Under the pieces are notes generated by a model. That model was given only the letters and a program-made list of their open reading frames with translations, was not told the origin of the DNA and searched no databases. Positions 60,939 through 64,000 of a stretch of 64,000 bases of DNA are shown piece after piece. Position numbers and translations under genes: made by a program. Positions within the stretch are counted from its first letter, which is position 1; every line of letters begins with the position of its first letter. The stretch lies in assembly GCA_030390025.1 (NCBI GenBank), contig CM059432.1:48734001-48798000 (forward strand), written 5' to 3'. The DNA is from Squalus acanthias (Eukaryota).

Positions 60939-63900
60939 GACTTTAAACTAGTAAATGGGGTGTGGGCAGGGGGGGGGGGGGGGGGGGTGGTGTTGGGGGC
61001 GGAGAGCTCAAGTGGAAATTGTAGTACTGTTAATAGTTCAAAAACAAACAAAAGGGAAGAGAGTAGAGTAACAGTCAGAAATTGAGCTTTAGGCACTACA
61101 GGTTAAGGGAAAACTAAAAGATGTAAAGGGATTAAACCAGGAGAGAGAAACAAGAAACATGTGAGTAAGACATTAGAGCTGAAGAACAGGCTAGGGTGTG
61201 TGGCCCAAAAAAGCGTTTTTTATACAAACGCACAGAGTATAAGGAATAAATTGAATGAACTGCAGGTGCAAATTCAACTTGGAGGGTATGACATGGTAGC
61301 CATTACTGAGACATGGCTGCAAGTCAGGACTGGGAACTAAATATACCAGGTTATAACGTCTACAGAAGATTGGGAAAATGGTAGAGGGGGAGGAGTAGCC
61401 TTAGTGATTAAGGATGAAATCACTTCAATGGAGAGGTAAACAGGCAGTGGAGACTTTATAGGTAGAATTAAGAAATAGGAAAGGATTTAAGACTGTAGTG
61501 GGAGTTGTGTATAGGCCCCCTGGTAGTAGCTGTGAAGTGCTAGATTGTATAAATGCAGAGATTAGATAAGTGTGTAGCAAAGGCAGAGTGATTTTAATGG
61601 GGGATTTTAACTTTCATACAGATTGGGATAAGCAGACTAGCACCTGTCAGAAAGGTAGTGAATTTCTTGAGTGTGTCTGGGATAGTTTTCTACAACAATA
61701 TATCCTAGAACCAACAAGGGGGCATGCCATATTAGATTTAGTAATCAGTAATGAGCCAAATTTAGTTAACAGCCTAACGGTGCGTGAACATTTATCTATT
61801 AGCGATCATAACATGATCGAGTTCAATGTAATGTTTGAAAGGGAGAAACACGAAACAGCTACTAAGATTCTAGATTTAGGTAAGGCCGACTTCAATGGGA
61901 TGAGACAGAGACTGTCCACAGTAAACTGAGCAAATCTGTTAATGGGTAAAATGACAGAAGATCAGCAGGAGGTGTTCAAAAAAGAATTTAATGGGATACA
62001 GAACCAATTTTTACCCTGAGGGGGCAAGAGCTCTATTTGCCAAAAAAAAACCCAGCCATGGACAACTAAAGAGGTTAGAGATAGCATAAAACTAAAAGAA
62101 AAAGCATACAAAAATGCAAAAAAATGCTCGATTCTGGTGAATGGAAAAGAGACAAAGAACAGCAAAGGGTGACAAAACAGATAGTAAGATCTACAAAAAG
62201 GGAGTATGAAAAGAAACTTGCAAAGGATATCAAAATCAACACAAGAACTTTTACAATTATATTAGGAAAAAGAGGGTAGTCAGGAGCAATGTTGGCCCCT
62301 TGAAAACTGATATCGCTGATACGGTCAATGGTAATAAGGAAATGGCGGACATGTTGAATAATTGCTTTGTGTCAGTATTTACAGTAGAGGAAGAGGATAG
62401 CATGTCAAAAATCCCAAGGAAACTAATATTGAATCAGGGACAGGGACTCAATAAAATTAATGTAAGCAAAATAGCAGTAATGAAGAAAATAATGGCACTA
62501 AAGAGTGACAAATCCCCAGGACCAGATGGTTTCCATCCCAGGGTTTTAAAGGAAGTCAGTGAACACATTGCAGATGCCCTAATTATAATCTTCCAAAGTT
62601 CTCTCAATTCAGGAACCGTCCCTTTAGATTGGAAAATTGCACATGTCACTCCGCTATTTAAGAATGGCGAGAGAGGGAAACCAGGGAATTATAGACCAGT
62701 TAGCCTAACATCTGTTGTTGGGAAATTACTAGAGTCTATAATTAAGGATAGGGTGACTGAACACCTTGAAAATTTTCAGCTGATCAGAGAGAGCCATCAT
62801 GGATTTGTGAAAGGTAGGTCATGCCAGACAAACCTGATTGAATTTTTTGAAATGGTAACTAAAATAGTGGACAGGGGAATGTCTATGAATGTTATTAATA
62901 TGGACTTCCAGAAGGCATTTGATAAAATCCCTCATAAGAGACTGTTATCTAAGGTTGAAGCCCATGGAAGTGAAGGCAAATTGTTGACCTGGTTAGGAAA
63001 TTGACTGAGCGGCAGGAGACAGAGAGTAGGGATAATGGGCAGGTAGTCTAATTGGCAGGATGTGTCTAGTGGTGTCCTACAGGGATCTGTGTTGGGGCCT
63101 CAACTGTTCACAGTATTTATTAATGACTTAGATAATGGCATGGAAAGCCACATATCCAAATTTGCCGATGACACAAAGATAGGCGGCATTGTAGGCAGTG
63201 TAGATGAAAGCATAAATTTACAAAGGGATATCAATAGATTAAGTGAATGGGTAAAACTGTGGCAAATGATGTCAATGTAGGCAAATGTGAGGTCATCCAC
63301 TTTGGACCTAAAAAGCAGGGTACTTTCTAAATGGTGAAAAGCTATAAAAAGTGGAGGTCCAAAGAGATTTGGGGGGTCTAGGTACATAAATCATTAAAAT
63401 GTCATGAACAGGTACAGAAAATAATCAAAAAGGTTAATGGAATGCTGACCTTTATATCTAGAGGACTAGAATACAAGGGGGTAGAAATTATGTTACAGCT
63501 ATACAAAGCCCTGGTTAGACCACACCTGGAGTACTGCGAGCAGTTCTGGGCACCACACCTTAGGAAGGATATAGTGGCCTTGGAGGGAGTGCAGCGTAGG
63601 TTTACCAGAATGATACCCGGACTCCAAGGGTTAAATCATGAGGAGAGATTACACAAATTAGAGTTGTATTCCCTAGAATTTAAAAGGTTAAGGGATGATT
63701 TGATCGAAGTTTTCAAGATATTAAAAGGACCAGATAGGGTAGATAGAGAGAAACTATTGCTGCTGTTTGGGGATTCTAGGACTAGGGGGCATAGTCTAAA
63801 AATTAGAGCCAGACCTTTCAAGGGTGAAATTAGGAAACACTTCTACACACAAAGGGTGGTAGAAGTTTGGAACTCTCTTTCACAAACTAGATCAATTGTT

Positions 63901-64000
63901 AATTTTAAATCTGAGATTGATAGCTTTCTGTTAACCAAAGGTATTAAGGAATATGGGCCAAAGGTGGGTATATGGAGCTCGGTCACAGATCAGCCACGAT
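60939..64000 (+). mobile_element. CR1 from the ORF1 stop through a decayed ORF2 (endonuclease and RT) into the 3' UTR
   Basis: YTNAQSIRNK, ITETWL, MGDFN, SDHN, KSPGPDG, NYRPVSLTS, DFQKAFD and FADDTK, with multiple stops and frameshifts. Confidence 0.93.

Overview
Eukaryotic genomic DNA, inferred from its repeat families to be a cartilaginous fish (shark-type HE1/V-SINE, Deu-domain SINE, CR1 and Penelope families). The window lies inside a minus-strand RALYL (RALY/hnRNP C family RNA-binding protein) gene. Two coding exons are visible (54250-54297/54300 and 14771-14934), separated by a 39.3 kb intron. The rest is intronic and dominated by transposons: many CR1 LINE pieces, L2, RTE and Gypsy fragments, SINEs, two Penelope-like families carrying minimal hammerhead ribozyme motifs, one decayed two-gene PIF/Harbinger transposon split by nested insertions, and at least four families of Harbinger-type MITEs. 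The most unusual observations are: (1) a MITE family whose interior is a back-to-back array of palindromes that keep their positions while their sequence changes between copies; (2) strong enrichment of perfect 5' splice-site and CRE motifs inside the MITEs; (3) a 5 kb G-rich CpG minisatellite expanded inside a MITE, with a two-piece templated insertion at its edge; (4) hammerhead motifs with compensatory base changes, two of them on the RALYL pre-mRNA strand. All calls were made by eye with no database search, and repeat boundaries without a stated TSD are approximate.
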